This document shows, piece by piece, positions 12,812 through 26,762 of a DNA stretch of 64,000 nucleotides. Under the pieces are notes generated by a model. It saw only the letters and a program-made list of their open reading frames with translations, made no database searches and was not told the origin of the DNA. The stretch comes from Eledone cirrhosa (taxonomy: Eukaryota): the NCBI GenBank assembly GCA_964016885.1, contig OZ024740.1, positions 99,758,001-99,822,000 of the forward strand. The letters run 5' to 3'. How positions within the stretch are numbered: the stretch's first letter is position 1; every line of letters starts with the position of its first letter. The position numbers were made by a program, and so were the translations under genes.

Positions 12812-12959
12812 ATATGTATGTATGTATGCATGCATGTATGTATGTATGCACATATGTATGTATGTATGTGTGTGTGTGTGTGTGTATATAGGGATTATGT
12901 AGTACTTGCTCTTTATACACACATTCTCAGTGCAGCTTCTTTCGGGTTTAAGTGTATAT

Positions 12960-12998
<39 letters not shown>

Positions 12999-14394
12999 GT
13001 GTGTGTGTGTGTATGTATGTTCGTATGTTCGTGTGTGTATGTATGTGTATATGCATATATGTGTGTATATATTAATGTAGTCTTCACAAAATAAATAAGT
13101 ATAGAAAGGGACAAGTTGGTAAAGTTAAACTAAGCGTCTAAGTGACGGCCTAATACGAAGCCTGCCAGATTTCGATGCTTCTTGGATTTCAACTGAATAA
13201 TGGTAAGTGCAGCTTCTTACTACGCTTAAAGAAACACTGTTTCCCACTGCTGTTTGCAGACATGAAAACAAGAGGTAAAGATAGGCATGAGATGTCTCAT
13301 CGAGAATCGACGTTGGATAACGAGATATGGTCATTGAAAGAACATTCTTTCTGTAACCAATAACTTTATAAACATTACGCAGAAATTACTTTAAAATACT
13401 ACATGTACTCAGTGTGTAACGCCCTTAGCTACTGCAAAATTAATTAAGAATAGAACCAGCATAATGGAAAATATGGAAAGACATTTAAATATAGGGATTT
13501 ATGGGCCCCACTTGTCAAACCGGGCCTCCACTAGGAACAGCGCTAGGCCCCACCAAACCTGAACTGCGCCGCCCTCCCCGGTCTAAATATTCTCATGGCT
13601 ACTCTACATGTTCGTTACTTGTCATACAAATCTAATGCTGAAAATTATAAACTTCGTGAAAAGTCGTGGTTGGTTTGAGCTTTTCAAGAATAACTCGAAT
13701 GTACATAACATTTAGATAACAACTGGGTTTTCTATTGCAAGCAAAGAAGTTTTATCTGCCAATCTACCTTTACTTAATGTATTATTGGCGAATAACACAC
13801 TGCAAAACATATTTCGCAGATCTGGCTGTTTTGGAAAGAATGTAAACATGCATATTTACATTTGTAAACAAATGTGACAATTTTAAGGTTATTAAAAAGC
13901 GTATGACTATTCTAATTGAAGGTAATGCTTCAAGAGTTATGATGTTCAGGCCTATGGCTATTTATTACTCGGAGATACCAGTAGCAATGAAAGACTAAAA
14001 CGCATTTTCCTGTAACATGCCGATCACATAAAAACAGAGTTCCAAAATTATTTTACTTCGTGTTTCTGCTCAACAATTAAAAAAATAGTATTAGGATAGG
14101 AACCTTGAAATTAACGCCGTGATTTTGTGAGCGATGCTTCAGTTAACTAATAATTTACTTGGATGACCTGACTCATAATTTCGATGTGAATTTTCAGTTT
14201 TCAAATAAACCAGCTGAATTTAAATATCTACTTTTTCAGGCCTCCCTTTAAGCAGTGAAGTTCTTATGACGCAATATTAATTCTACTGTTATGAAATTTT
14301 AGTTTGCTTACTATATTATAAACGCCGAAAAGTGAACGTAACAGCAACAAATACAGTCTAGAGTAAATTATATTCAGACTATATTATAGACAGT

Positions 14395-14665
14395 GGAAAC
14401 GCATGGTCTAGTGGTAAGAGTGTTATACTTACGATAATCATGTCGTGGGTTCGATTCCTGGAGTGGAATGTTCTTGATCAAAGCACTTTATTTTCTCGTT
14501 ACTTCAGTATACTCAGCTGGAAATGAGCACAAGCAAAAGCTGAAAATTTAACTTTGCGACGGACTGGCAACCTGTCCAGGACAACCCTTGTACACTCCAT
14601 CTATTCACGCAACGTAAACAAGAATAAGCACCAGCCTGATGAGCCTCGGAGCTCTACACAGATTT
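14395..14665 (+). mobile_element. Old tRNA-derived CORE-type SINE (weaker relatives at ~18150-18300, ~37080-37330 and ~37850-37940)
   Basis: Box A TGGTCTAGTGG and box B GGTTCGATTCC; CORE-like TTCTTGATCAAAGCACTTTATT; GCGACGGACTGGCAACCTGTCCAGG segment. Confidence 0.7.
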
Positions 14666-14956
14666 TAGATATTACAGATGTCTTGGGTTTTGAGAAGACA
14701 TTATAAAGTGTTTGTAAATGGAGTTAGAGAATATCACATGGAAGTGGCTTTAATGAAACAAAAGAAAAAGACAAATACATTTCATGAAACACACGAGAAC
14801 TTCATGAAGATGGAACACTGTGCTGAAGGAGATCATCACCAAACTAAACATTTATTGTCTGTCTTGCAGCTTTTAGATAAAGCTAAAAATAACAAAATAT
14901 ATTAAACATGAGTGATTGTCACTATCACATGGAATTATACAAACTGAAGAGAAATG

Positions 14957-15287
14957 TACTCTTGGGTCCCAAATACTAGTGGGTGGTAGAATAAGCGGGG
15001 TCTTGGAAAATCGTTATTTCTCTAGGCTCTCTCCGTTGATTTTATTAAAACCAGAATTAGTCGTTTATCTTACATATTGATACCCTAACCAATCCTATTT
15101 ATCTTATAACGCATAAACTTTCTTGTACTGTTCTTTTTTTGTCATGTATAATGCTTTTTTAAAGTATAAAGAAAACAAAATTTCGCAGGAATGCAACAAG
15201 ATAGAATAAAAGTTTGCCGGAGATAGATTAGCAAGATTTAATAAGCCGGGGTTGGGGTGTATGATGATTATTCGAGACCCGAGAGTA
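14957..15287. mobile_element. Old MITE with ~18-bp TIRs and a probable TA TSD
   Basis: TA-CTCTTGGGTCCCAAATA ... TATTCGAGACCCGAGAG-TA. Confidence 0.55.
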
Positions 15288-15491
15288 CGACCAAGTGAAT
15301 ATTTCTTAAATGTAAGTATTGCAAAAATACATTTCGATGATTAATATTCGAAATATTTTGAAACTTTATTTAGACGATTGGCGATGTTTTATGGTAATAA
15401 ATATACAGGAGCCTAAAACTGATTTCGCTTAATGTCATTTTACTTAAAGTTACATTTCCCAAGGACCTATCAACAACAACAACAATATACA

Positions 15492-15572
<81 letters not shown>

Positions 15573-15602
15573 CATATATATAAATACATACATATATATA
15601 TA

Positions 15603-16410
15603 CATTAATATATGATAAACACTTACGTGTTTTTGTTGTAATTGACAATAAAATAGCTAGAATGAAATATTTTAATTCAAATACATATAGTCTGCCTGTG
15701 TCGATCTAAAAAATAATAAATTAATACTCACAAACACATATGGCCTTGGTACCTAGACACGTTTAAATTTCAAGATACAAACTTTTTCCGCAGATCAGTC
15801 CGAACTTCAAAATTTAAACATGTTTCACAAAGGATGGTATAACAGTGAAATAATTAATTAATTAGTAGTGAGATAATTAATTTTCTGTGTTTATCAATAG
15901 GTACCCATATAAATTAAGTAACTTCACCTCGGAAAAATATCTAAGGTCTGGTTAACGTAGCGAAAATACACGAGGTTTTGCACACGACTTATTCCAGTCC
16001 TCTAGCCTCCCACACTCATAGTGCTAGAAATAACAGCCGTTTATATGGGATTACAAATTCAGCTCAACTGAGGGAGCAGTAATATAATATAACTTAGAGT
16101 TTACACTCAATGGGGTCATTTACAATTATTTTAGCTCTAAGAATCACTTCTGAGCAGTATAAATTAATATATGATAAAAACTTACGTGTTTTTGTTGCAA
16201 TTGACAATAAAATAGCTATTTATTTATTATTTTTTAGATCGACACATCCAGACTATATGTATTTGAATTAAGATATTTCATTCTAGCTATTTTATTGTCA
16301 ATTGCAACAAAAACACGTAAGTGTTTATCATATATTAATTTATACTGCTCAGAAGTGATTCTTAGAGCTAAAATAATTGTAAATGACCCCATTGAGTGTA
16401 AACTCTAAGT

Positions 16411-16417
<7 letters not shown>
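15603..16417. mobile_element. Complex direct plus inverted repeat module between (TA)n tracts (PLE-like rearrangement)
   Basis: 15605-15660 is repeated directly at ~16165-16220; 15605-15720 and 16080-16220 are repeated inverted within 16222-16417. Confidence 0.75.
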
Positions 16418-16460
<43 letters not shown>

Positions 16461-16514
16461 CTATAATATTATAAAGCTGTTGAAAATTGCAAACTTGACT
16501 GTTACCACACATTA

Positions 16515-16553
16515 TGAACCTGACGATTGCGAAAGCATGAAAGTACTTGTTCA
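16515..16553 (+). ncRNA. Ultra-minimal type I hammerhead ribozyme (39 nt)
   Basis: tgaac-CTGACGA-t tgc gaaa gca t-GAAA-GTAC-TT-gttca. Confidence 0.85.
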
Positions 16554-17149
16554 ATTAAGACTTAACATTTAATATTCTATCATACTATTTCATTATAATA
16601 CCATTATAAATTTTAAAGGATTGTAAATAAAACGAGTAAATCAGACAAAGTTGGAATTCCTCTTATTAATATATATATGTATATATGTATGTATAGTATG
16701 TATGTATGTAAGTTTGTATGTATGTAGGTAGGTATGCATGCATGTATGTCTGTCTCTATGTGTATTCTCTCATTCATCCTCGAACATAATGCAACAACTT
16801 ATAGCTAACGTCATCAATTTCACGAGATTCTAAGGACCTGAGAAGAGCTGGGCCCATTTCATTTCTTCAAACCAAACTTAAAACAAACAAAATAAACCAT
16901 TGTAGTGAAATTTATAAAATATATTTCCAATATAATAAATAAAATTGGATGATATATGATGGCGTATATTTAAATAATATATATAATCAAATTGAGATAT
17001 GATTTATATTATACGATGGTTCTAAAGAAACGATGAAAGACATCTTAAGACATCAAAATATTACAAAGACAAAAATACGTAAAAAAAAGAAGCAGCAACA
17101 TAAAAGAATTATCAATAACAAAACATACAAACAAGTTGTTGCGATTATT

Positions 17150-17585
17150 TAACCCCAGGTCAGATTTGACTGATCTGTCTTATGATCAAAAGCAATATAA
17201 TCAAGGCTTTCCCATCTTTTTTTCTATTTTCCTCAGAAGTAAATGGACCTTCGTCGTTTTTGACCATGAGTGTTAAGTTATACAATCAACGGAATACTCT
17301 GCTTGTGAAATTATTCTACATTTTGCTGAGTATTCCACAGAAATGCATACCTTTAATGTAATTATCAGAGAGATTCAGCGTGACATGTTATCTGACAAGG
17401 CTGGCCTTTGAGTTACACGTACAGTCACTCGACAGTTTTCCAAACAGTTCCCATTTATCTATGTTCACTAGCAAGACTTGGATCGATCCAAGTTTATGGT
17501 AAATGTCTCTTGCTCAAGATGCCACGTAGTTGGAAACGTAAGATTCTGAAGCGAATTTCTAAACTAAAATACTTGACCATGCTAG
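17150..17585 (-). mobile_element. Degenerate dispersed SINE-like repeat (relative at ~46150-46445)
   Basis: Both sites share GCTGAGTATTCCA.AGA....TA.C.TTAA.G.AATT...GTGA.A...TGACAA. Confidence 0.5.
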
Positions 17586-17600
17586 TGCTTCACAGACCAC

Positions 17601-17927
17601 GTGGATTGGCAGTATCGGTAGAGGATCGGACGCCATGCTTTCCAGCATAGATACGTCCCTTTACGATCTGAGTTCAAATCCCGCCGAGGTTGACGTTGCC
17701 TTTCATCCTTACGGGGTCGATAAAATAAAGTACCAGTAATGCACTGGGTAATTGCTGGCATTGTGCCTAAAGTAGAAACAATTATCGAATGTGTCATGAG
17801 TTCAATTCCCGCCGAGGTTAACTTTGCCTTTCATCCTACGGGGTCGATAAAATAAAGTACCAGTAATGTACTGGGATAATTGCTGGGCTTGTGCCAAAAG
17901 TAAAAATAGTTATCGAATGTGTCATGT
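17601..17927 (+). mobile_element. Short tRNA-type SINE plus a partial tandem second copy
   Basis: GGATTGGCAGTATCGGTAGA (box A-like), GAGTTCAAATCC (box B), central GCCTTTCATCCTTACGGGGTCGATAAAATAAAGTACC; family recurs many times in the window. Confidence 0.9.
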
Positions 17928-18894
17928 TTAAGATGGTATGGTGTAATTTGTAGGATATTTTGCCGCTATTTATTGACCGTCAAGCAAACACGTGTTTTTG
18001 TAATAAAGGAAAAAATAAAATTACAAGAATTTGAAGAAACATCAAATCCCCCACCATTAGTTCACTAGCTTCTGGACGAGACTATGAACCACGGCTACCA
18101 CCATAGAGTTGCTGGGTTGTTACGATGTAAGATAATGTAATTCATCGAAGGGCCGTGGCCTCTTCGTTAAGGTCTTGAATGCAGGTTCACAACGTCAAAA
18201 CACTTTGTTTCACATTTCTCTACTCTACTCACCTTATAAACGAGTACCAGCTGTGGCTGGTGGATCAAAAACCGTGACTATACACTCAGCCGTTTAACGG
18301 CAATAAATGTGTGAAAAATTCCGACCAGATGACCTTCTGGGCATTAGACAGATTTCAACTTAACCTTGACGTAATTCAATGTGAAAGTATTAGCGAGGTG
18401 GCAGAATAAGACTACAGTGCTAGAATGGAATAAAATATATAATATCCATTTCAACAATACCAAACAATAGAGCAACGTCAAAAGTCGAAGAACAAGAATA
18501 GATAGGTAGAAAAATAAACATAAATAGATGAAGAATATAAGACCAAATATTTAAATCATTGACACTAAGAACTTGCCAAACGACGCTCATCCAACTGACA
18601 CAGTAAAGCAGAGTATCGGTGAACATAGTGGAGATATACGACGGAAATATTAATATCAAATAAATATTTTGCAAATAAAATAAGAACATTTCTTCGTGCA
18701 ACGTTTAGTGATGAGCGTAATGAAATATTTCAGTCTCAGAGCGATAATATAATAATGCATACATAAAATGACTTAAATGAATTGACAAGTGAAAAGTAAA
18801 ACAAGGTGTATGTATGTATGTGTGTGTGTATGTATGTATGTATGTATGTATGTATGTATGTATGTATGTATGTATGTATGTATGTATGTATGTA

Positions 18895-18971
<77 letters not shown>

Positions 18972-19222
18972 GATAAAGGATACAACACAAACACACACAC
19001 ACACATATATATATATTTATCAGAATAAATATGTAGTCAATATTTTCCGTTGACATGAATACAGGTGAATTTGTTTCTCGTCTTTTTTGCTGTAGTTACT
19101 GTGATGCGGTGAATGGTGGAAGTTGGAAGTACAACAGGGAACCTGAAATACTTGGAAGACTAGGGACATGAGTGTGAGTTATTGTGGCCCTGCTATAAGG
19201 TATCACAATACTGAGGAAGCCA

Positions 19223-19332
19223 TCCGCCGAGGTTAACTTTGCTTTCATCCTTACGGGGTCGATAAAATAAAGTACCAGTAATGCACTGGGTAATTGCTGG
19301 CCTTGTGTCAAACAAAAGTAGAAACAATTATT
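19223..19332 (+). mobile_element. 5'-truncated copy of the short SINE
   Basis: CCGCCGAGGTTAACTTTGCTTTCATCCTTACGGGGTCGATAAAATAAAGTACC...GTAGAAACAATTAT. Confidence 0.85.
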
Positions 19333-19359
19333 TATCTACATATCTATGCTAGACACATC

Positions 19360-20075
19360 TATATATGAATTTTTATGAGATTGAAGGAATCTTGTCGCAG
19401 GAGTAGCTGTCAACAACTGATTGCTTATGTGCATAGCAAAAGAGCGGGTTAAAATATTACCGCATATTGAGCAGAAGAACAGAGAGGGGTGGGGGAATAA
19501 ATAGAGCCTAAACCACGAGATGACAAATGAGAGGGCCACAAAGAGAGGAGGGGGGGGGGGGGAAGATGAGTGGAGAAAATCTGGAATGAGATCGATGGAG
19601 CGAAATATATTTGGAGAATTGCGAAAGATAAAAATGATGGAGAAAGAATGAAGAATGTGAACTAAGGAAGAATACAGAACTATAGCGTCGAGATGACTTC
19701 TTTAGCTCACTTGGTTTCGCACGGGAAAGTAAGGACCATGGACATAGGACAAGTCAGCACAACATAACCTTTAATATGTTGGTCTGATGCTGGTGTAAGC
19801 GAAATAAAATATACTAGAAAAGAGCGCAGAGTGATACGTCCACGTAACAGAACCGCTTTTCTCCACTTATCTTCTTTTCTCTTTTCGCTCTCTCTGTCCC
19901 TCTTATTTCTCACCTCATGTTTTAGACTCCCTTTCTGCCATTATATCTCCCTCTCTCCGTTCTTCCGCTCAATATGAGTTTATATTTTAACCTGACTTTT
20001 CGCTATGCACATAGCAATCAGCTGTTCACAGCTACCCTTGCGATGAGTTCCAGGTTTCATCAAAATCTATATACA
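19360..20075. mobile_element. Old fold-back element/MITE with ~130-bp diverged inverted arms
   Basis: GTAGCTGT..ACAACTGATTGCT.ATGTGCATAGC...CATATTGAGC.GAAGAAC (19400-19490) mirrored at 19950-20040. Confidence 0.65.
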
Positions 20076-20957
20076 GTCATCGCTACAAACCTTTTCGTTT
20101 AATGTTTACACACACACACATATATATATATATGAATATATAAACATGCATGCATACATAGCTACACAGCTACTTGTGTATGTGTGCGTGTGAGTGAGTA
20201 AGGGTGTTTCTGCCTACGCACACACTCACACATGAGATCTGAAATGCTTTTATAAACAAAATTTCTTCACCGATCAGGAGGTTTTTAGGTGAAACAAGTG
20301 TAGTATAGAACGAATTTAACAACAAATTCTTGATGCGTGAGTAGAGTACTCTGATATTTTGCCAAGAACACCACGGCTCCAGATTTTTATTTCCGAAAAA
20401 TATAAAAACAAAACAAATCTATATTCCAAAGCAATTGATTTACAAGGGAAAAGATAACAGAATATATTTTGATATAGAAATTATTATTATTTTTTTTTTT
20501 TAGGTGCTTGTGTTTTATTTTATTCAATTTTACACATTTGAATTGTATCTTATACATTTATTTTTTATATATTTCTATATCATATCTTGTGAACAATAGC
20601 CTTGTTCTTGTTTACAGGTTCCCAAAGGGCCACTCATTTGTCCTGCTTCAGTGTATTTATTATAGAGAATGTGACAAGGGAGTGTATGTTCAACTCGGGA
20701 AGATCGAACACCATAGGGTCGTTTCTGTACGAAAGCACCGGTATATCGATTTCCCCAATGAAGTGTCCAACTACACATGCACATACACACAAAAGCACAC
20801 AAATGTAAGTATATATATATATATATAGGAAACAGTATGACCCCGACGGTAGAGCTCAAGCCGTTTCGACGGCTATTTCTGGACTAGTATTGAGTACTCT
20901 GGTGCGTTATGGTCCATCTGGTACCTTACCACAATTCCTTTGTTATATATATATATA

Positions 20958-21142
20958 TAATTGTTTCTACTTTTGGCACAAGGCCAGCAAATACTCAGTA
21001 CATTACTGGTACTTTATTTTATCGACCCCGTAAGGATGAAAGGCAAAGTTAACCTCGGCGGGATTTGAACTCAGACCGTAAAGGGACGTAACTATGCTGG
21101 AAAGCATGGCGTCCGACTCTCTACCGATACTGCCAATCCACC
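20958..21142 (-). mobile_element. Full copy of the short SINE
   Basis: Reverse complement of 17601-17785. Confidence 0.9.
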
Positions 21143-21240
21143 ATATATATATATTTATATAATGAATTGCAAGTCACGCGGGTTATAACTCACTTCGTAC
21201 GAAGTGAATTATATATACAGTATATATATATTTGTATGCG

Positions 21241-21357
<117 letters not shown>

Positions 21358-21773
21358 AGGCCAAATATATTGAATTTCCTTAATGTTTTTATTCATGTAA
21401 ACATTATGCATATTTCAGTGGCCAGATTTTCTTTACTTGTTTGCGTAAAGCTTACCGTCATTCCGTTGGTATACATCTATTACGTAATTTACACCTGATG
21501 AGGTCACTGGGTTCTTACACAACCTGGCCACAGAAATGCGTATTTTGTTTACAGTATAAATAATTAAGGATATTTAACATATTTGGCCTCCTGTCATTTC
21601 ACTTAATAATACATTTACTCCGTTTGTTTCCGCCCCACCAACATGATACAGCATTGAAGAAAATCTACCATGCTTCCTGGATGCCGAAGGTTGTTATATT
21701 ATTTTTTTAATTTTTGGTTGTCAAAATTAGAGTGCATCCTCGAGGACGAAGCGTCTTCGGCGCTGGGAAATAC

Positions 21774-21850
<77 letters not shown>

Positions 21851-21852
<2 letters not shown>

Positions 21853-22745
21853 TCCTGGTCCGTCCGGCTGGCGTACGGCTAGGTATACCGGCATTTTATC
21901 TTTTCAGGAATCCCCCCTATACTCTAGTGCAAAGATACCGCATGCCCGCTCAAGTCAGCGAGGCTGGGGGGGGGGGGGGGGGGTAACGTGCTCTGATGTT
22001 GGGTTTGAATTGCTTTTAGAATTCCCCAGTTCTGCAGCCAGTACGTTAAAGAAAATTGATAGTTACAACAATAAAGGCTGAACAGAGAACACATTTTTTA
22101 AGAAACAATAATTTGTACAACCATAATGGATATTCCAAGTAACAGAAAATATTTAAATTACACTGTTAGAGCCTCAGAGTATACAATATTTTTTGTTCGG
22201 CCCTCCGGTGCAAAGTAGAAGAGATTGTTTGGCGAGTTCACCCGAGAGCAGCCTACATACAATTGACCATGGGAAAATCACTGATCTCGTAGCTCGTCTC
22301 GTGGGGAAGCTGTGTAGACGTTGACCTCTGGACACACTTGTCAGGAGCAGGTAAGCTGTAGTGACTTAGAGGCCTACCACCAATCTTCCTCATTGAAAAC
22401 CACATCGCATGTTACGTTCGTATTGTGTCTGCGTGTGTGGTGGAGGATGTCCTCAGCTAGACTTTCGTGGTGTTTGTTCCACATTGCGAGAGGGTCGGCG
22501 AGATCGCAGTTGTGCAGTATAATAGCAAAAGGTTATCGCAGCTACGAAGGGAATTTAGCAGTTGCTGCTTCTAGCAGGGTGAGGTGCCAATGGCTGTCAT
22601 CGTGTGATATACCACGCATCTGGCACGCCAAACGGTAAGTGGGACATTGATGGCCATTGATGGTTCTCAGATCTTGGAAAGACTGTGGTCCTCTAACCTC
22701 GAACAGTAACAATGACCATAAGCCGTCTGTGCTTTCGTGAAATAA
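21851..22745 (-). mobile_element. Internally deleted Helitron with RepHel remnants
   Basis: Minus-strand reading LLLFEVRGPQSFQDLRTINGHQCPTYRLAC...DDSHW..TLLEA...FAIILHNC...LAEDI, joined to the helicase end FSHGQLYVGCSRV...TKNIVYSEAL*; GC-rich hairpin near 21860-21880. Confidence 0.85.
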
Positions 22746-22811
22746 ATAGGGTTTTATTTTTTTGTATGCAAAAATATCTGTACACGAATATATATATATT
22801 AAAATAACAGA

Positions 22812-22870
22812 TTAAAGTTTAAGAAAAGAATCGCTGCTTTCACCCTTAACGGGATCTTCTGAAACTTTAA
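22812..22870 (-). ncRNA. Variant-core (CAGAAGA) hammerhead with a 9-bp stem I; further copies at ~29682-29736 and ~39060-39110
   Basis: Minus strand: ttaaagttt-CAGAAGA-tcccgttaagggt-GAAA-gcagcgattcttttc-TT-aaactttaa. Confidence 0.7.
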
Positions 22871-23059
22871 ATCTCAGTCTGTGAACGCAGAAGTAAATAT
22901 TTCGAAAAACGTTATCTAATGCAGACAGTTAGACATACAGACTAAGAAAAAGAGGGGAATGTTGTGTGACGTCATAACAAAAAGTGAGGAATGACGTATA
23001 ACCGGAAGTGTTGACATTTGAAATTTTAAAGAAGTGAATATTTAATCTTTTAACAAAAT

Positions 23060-23190
23060 TCAGTAGAGAAAAATACCCTCACTTTTCTACTTGGAAAAAG
23101 TTAGATCTATGGTGCAAATTTGGTGCTGTTTGGTCCAGCCGTTTGGCGGAAGGTTTGTCACCTAAATACGGCTGTCAGCTTTATAGTATA
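23060..23190 (-). mobile_element. Helitron/Helentron-like non-autonomous terminus (similar ends at ~25310-25400 + and ~30000-30138 -)
   Basis: The 30138 end reads TCTATATATCTAAAACAGAGAATGTATGTCTGTCTGTCTG, like the Helitron starts at 39773 and 40792. Confidence 0.45.
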
Positions 23191-23202
23191 TATATATATA
23201 TG

Positions 23203-23279
<77 letters not shown>

Positions 23280-23366
23280 CTGTGTATATATATATATGTA
23301 TATGTCCCAAGGCTCTGATACCATCAACACTATACACACAGAGCTGACATATCTAAGAACTGACTA

Positions 23367-23422
23367 ACTGCCTGATGAGGTCATAGCCATTCAATGGCTA
23401 TCATCGAAATATATATAGCAGT
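23367..23422 (+). ncRNA. Type I hammerhead ribozyme motif
   Basis: actgc-CTGATGA-gg...tagccatt c aatggcta...tc-GAAA-TATATA-TA-gcagt; AATAAA then (TA)n follow. Confidence 0.8.
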
Positions 23423-23467
23423 AAATAAAGGATTATGAGTTCATGCAATTGACTTATGTTTGTTTCG

Positions 23468-23542
<75 letters not shown>

Positions 23543-23669
23543 GGTGAGGGATGTTTAAAGCGTCCGTATGCGGTAGGCCGTTTCAGCACTCGATGCTCTG
23601 AAAAGAGCAGAGTATAATATCACATACGAAACAGAGAATGAGTGGTGCGACGAATTAAAATTTATTAGA

Positions 23670-23760
23670 CATATTACAATCGTTTCTCTGGCGACCAGCT
23701 CGAGGCACGATCAATGTAATGATCGAACCTGACTCTGAAATCACAAGATCCTCAGATACG
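23670..23760 (-). ncRNA. Type I hammerhead motif at the 3' end of a ~1.1-kb probable PLE tail (23540-24622)
   Basis: Minus strand: cgtat-CTGAGGA-tct...aga-GAAA-CGATTG-TA-atatg. Confidence 0.7.
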
Positions 23761-24628
23761 TCTCGATTCTTCGAAGCAGAGTTTCCAAATGCTAGCCCTG
23801 GGGTAAATTAGCTAACCAATGTAGAAAGGCCCTAAGAAAGACCCACTTAAAGATTATAGTGGTAGAAAAGCCAGGAACTACCATAAAATCCCTGATCAGC
23901 AAAACATACCCCTTTAAGAAAACCCACTGTAGTAATAAGAAATCTATTATATGTAAAATGAACCCCCCACATAAACTGTAAAACTAGAAATGTAGTCTAT
24001 AGCATAGGATGCACATAGGGTACTTGCAGAAACATGACAACGGCATACATAGGTGAGACAGCTCGAAGCATAGGAGAAAGAATAGGCCAACACTGGGGGA
24101 ACTAAAAGGACAAAATAAGGGTTCAGTACTATACGAACACGCCAGACAAAGACATGATGGTAATATAGACAACATAGAAATTAAAATTATATCCAAAGAT
24201 AGAAATGACTCAACAGGTAGGAAAATCAGAGAAGCACCTGAGATAGAGCTTAGAAGACCAAAGTTAAACAGAAAAAATGAATGAAATAACAACAGCAACC
24301 ATACCCAAACAAACAATACCGAGTTAAATGAAATATAAATAAATAAATAAATAAATATATACACGAGTACAAAAACAACAAACATATAAACACACACTAG
24401 TAAACAAAGATAGAGTACAAAAACCAAAACACATACACTCAAACGCGAACACACACACGAAACATTATACACACACGCAAACGCATGCGCAGAGACGGAG
24501 ACAAGAATAAATAAATAAATAAGTAAATAAATAAAATAAAAATGGCGTAGACATTACAATACAATAGGAGGGAACATAATAATAGTATCATTGATGATGT
24601 TGCAGATGTGCAACGAAAGAATTTTGAT

Positions 24629-24690
<62 letters not shown>

Positions 24691-24906
24691 GTAATTCCGT
24701 CGGAAAGGTCCAGGAAAAAATATGTGTGTGTGTGTGTATGTGTGTGTGTATGTATGTGTGTGTGTATATATATATGTGTATGTATATAATTGTGTGTGTA
24801 TGTGTGTGTTTTTATTTTTCCTTTCCTTCTTCCTTTTCCAGCCTCACTTTCATATAAATTATATTTTTGTTTTTAAAATCCAACGCCAATAAATACACCA
24901 GGATTT

Positions 24907-24967
24907 TTTCATTCTGATGATTGAAAGCAACATGTTTTTGCTTTTAAGAAACCACTGGTAAATGAAA
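24907..24967 (+). ncRNA. Type I hammerhead ribozyme with well-formed stems
   Basis: tttcatt-CTGATGA-ttgaaagcaa...ttgcttttaa-GAAA-CC act GG-TA-aatgaaa. Confidence 0.85.
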
Positions 24968-25003
24968 TAATTGCCTTATGTTGTTTATTACATAACTATA
25001 TAC

Positions 25004-25093
<90 letters not shown>

Positions 25094-25141
25094 TATATAT
25101 GTAATTTTAATAATATATAACAGAGTTGCCAGTCCACTCAA

Positions 25142-25194
25142 GTATGCCAGACAGTGTTGTTTCAAGATTTGTTAATATTTCATCAGTGGCACAC
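25142..25194 (-). ncRNA. Type I hammerhead ribozyme motif
   Basis: Minus strand: gtgtgcca-CTGATGA-aa...tt-GAAA-CA acac TG-TC-tggcatac. Confidence 0.8.
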
Positions 25195-26762
25195 ATTCAA
25201 TCCATACTGGCATAGAAATAGACTAAAGTCTATACAAAATTTTGCAGGTTGTTGTTTTAAATATCCACTTTCCCTGCTTGCAAGAGTTGGACGTATATAT
25301 ATATATATATAAAACAGATGATGTCTGAAAAACTCGAGAAGTACCCAACCGACTTTTTTCAAACTTTACACATACGTTACTTGTATTTCTTGAAGTGCAA
25401 TGGGCTAAAAAATGTTAACTTTTTCTGCCCTAGGGTCCGAATTAGGCGAAAAATCACATTGTTCGGCAATTTTAGTCATTTTTGAGGCGTTACTTAAAGA
25501 TAATCCAACTGATTTCCTCGAAATTTGCAGCACACATTAGTTAGTCCCCTCATATTGCTGTGGACAAAAAGATTTTCGATTCCATTAATGGTTTCTAGGA
25601 AATTTACGAATTAGCATTGGGCATTACATGCCTTTTTCATTTTCAATATAAACGCTACTTAAACATCGTAAGTAATGTATAACATTTCGTTTAAAAATTT
25701 GGTTTATTTAACAGAAGACACAACACTTACTTACTTTTAAGCAGCACCATTTTCGGTGTGTTAAGGAAATGAGGAGGACCTTAAAATATTTGTCGTCACC
25801 CTGTTGACGCTTCGTACTTTCATCACGCACAAATCCGCGGCCTCTGTACGTTGACGTGTTATTGACACCGTAAAATTCACGCCTGTGCTACTTCTACTAA
25901 GACCCCTTTTGTTGCACCTACACTGCAGTATGAACGTCTGCGCAAGTACGCTGAACAGTGGTTGTGCTAATGTCGCAGTGACCCCTTTTGTCGCACCTTT
26001 GTTGCTGTGTAAATGCAGTGCAAACAGTGCCGCCCAGTGTTTGTGCTAATTACGCTATGACCGCCTTCTGCTGCAGCTGCGTTGCCACACTGATTTCGTC
26101 ATCTCAATATCCTTACTTAAACGTTCATCCCTACTTGGTTTTCACACAATTGACTACGTCACTCTGTGTTCCCCATCTGTGACGTAATTCGTAAACAGAC
26201 ATAAGACATACATCGCCTCACGTTCAGAACTGGAACCAATGGACGTTGTCCCTAGGGTGCTGATAAGATACGGAGGATCGACCTATTACCAGGCGGTATA
26301 ACCTTCCTATAGACAGTCCTACATGTAAAGCTGCACCAACTATCCTTCTCACAGACTCCTGCTTGCAAGATCTCTTAATCTGCCTGTACATCCTGTATCT
26401 ACACTGCTTCTGCTTTGATGTATCTATGCCTTGATTTGTTTGTTTATTTTGGTGTTTTGCTTCTGCGTTTTTTCTCGTTTTTTATTATTTTTTTTGTTCT
26501 TGTTTTTGAACATGCTGAGTAAAACTTTCACTCATTCCTTGCTACCTTCTCCCAACCTCCTTGTCATCTATTGCACCATGTAAATGATAAATTTTTGATG
26601 TGATCTTTGAATTAATTTTTTATGACATTTTATGACAGTATATGGTCATGAATTGTGTCTGTTTCTACTTAACGCTGGCCTCTGGACCCCCTGCTGTCCC
26701 CTTAACCTTGTTCTGGTGACACAGCTTGATGGAGAACGCAACTATTGATATACACTGGTTTA

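Noticed and set aside
14401-14465. tRNA gene
   Set aside because: Has A/B boxes but no cloverleaf; it is a SINE head
14636-14660. CTGATGA-gc...gctc as a hammerhead
   Set aside because: No GAAA or stem III; it is part of the SINE 3' tail
20600-20770. Possible exon after CTTGTTTACAG
   Set aside because: No recognisable protein, no convincing donor site and no partner exons
21490-21550. CTGATGA...GAAA-TGCGTA-TT motif
   Set aside because: Probably a decayed hammerhead, but stem I does not pair convincingly, so it is not listed as a feature
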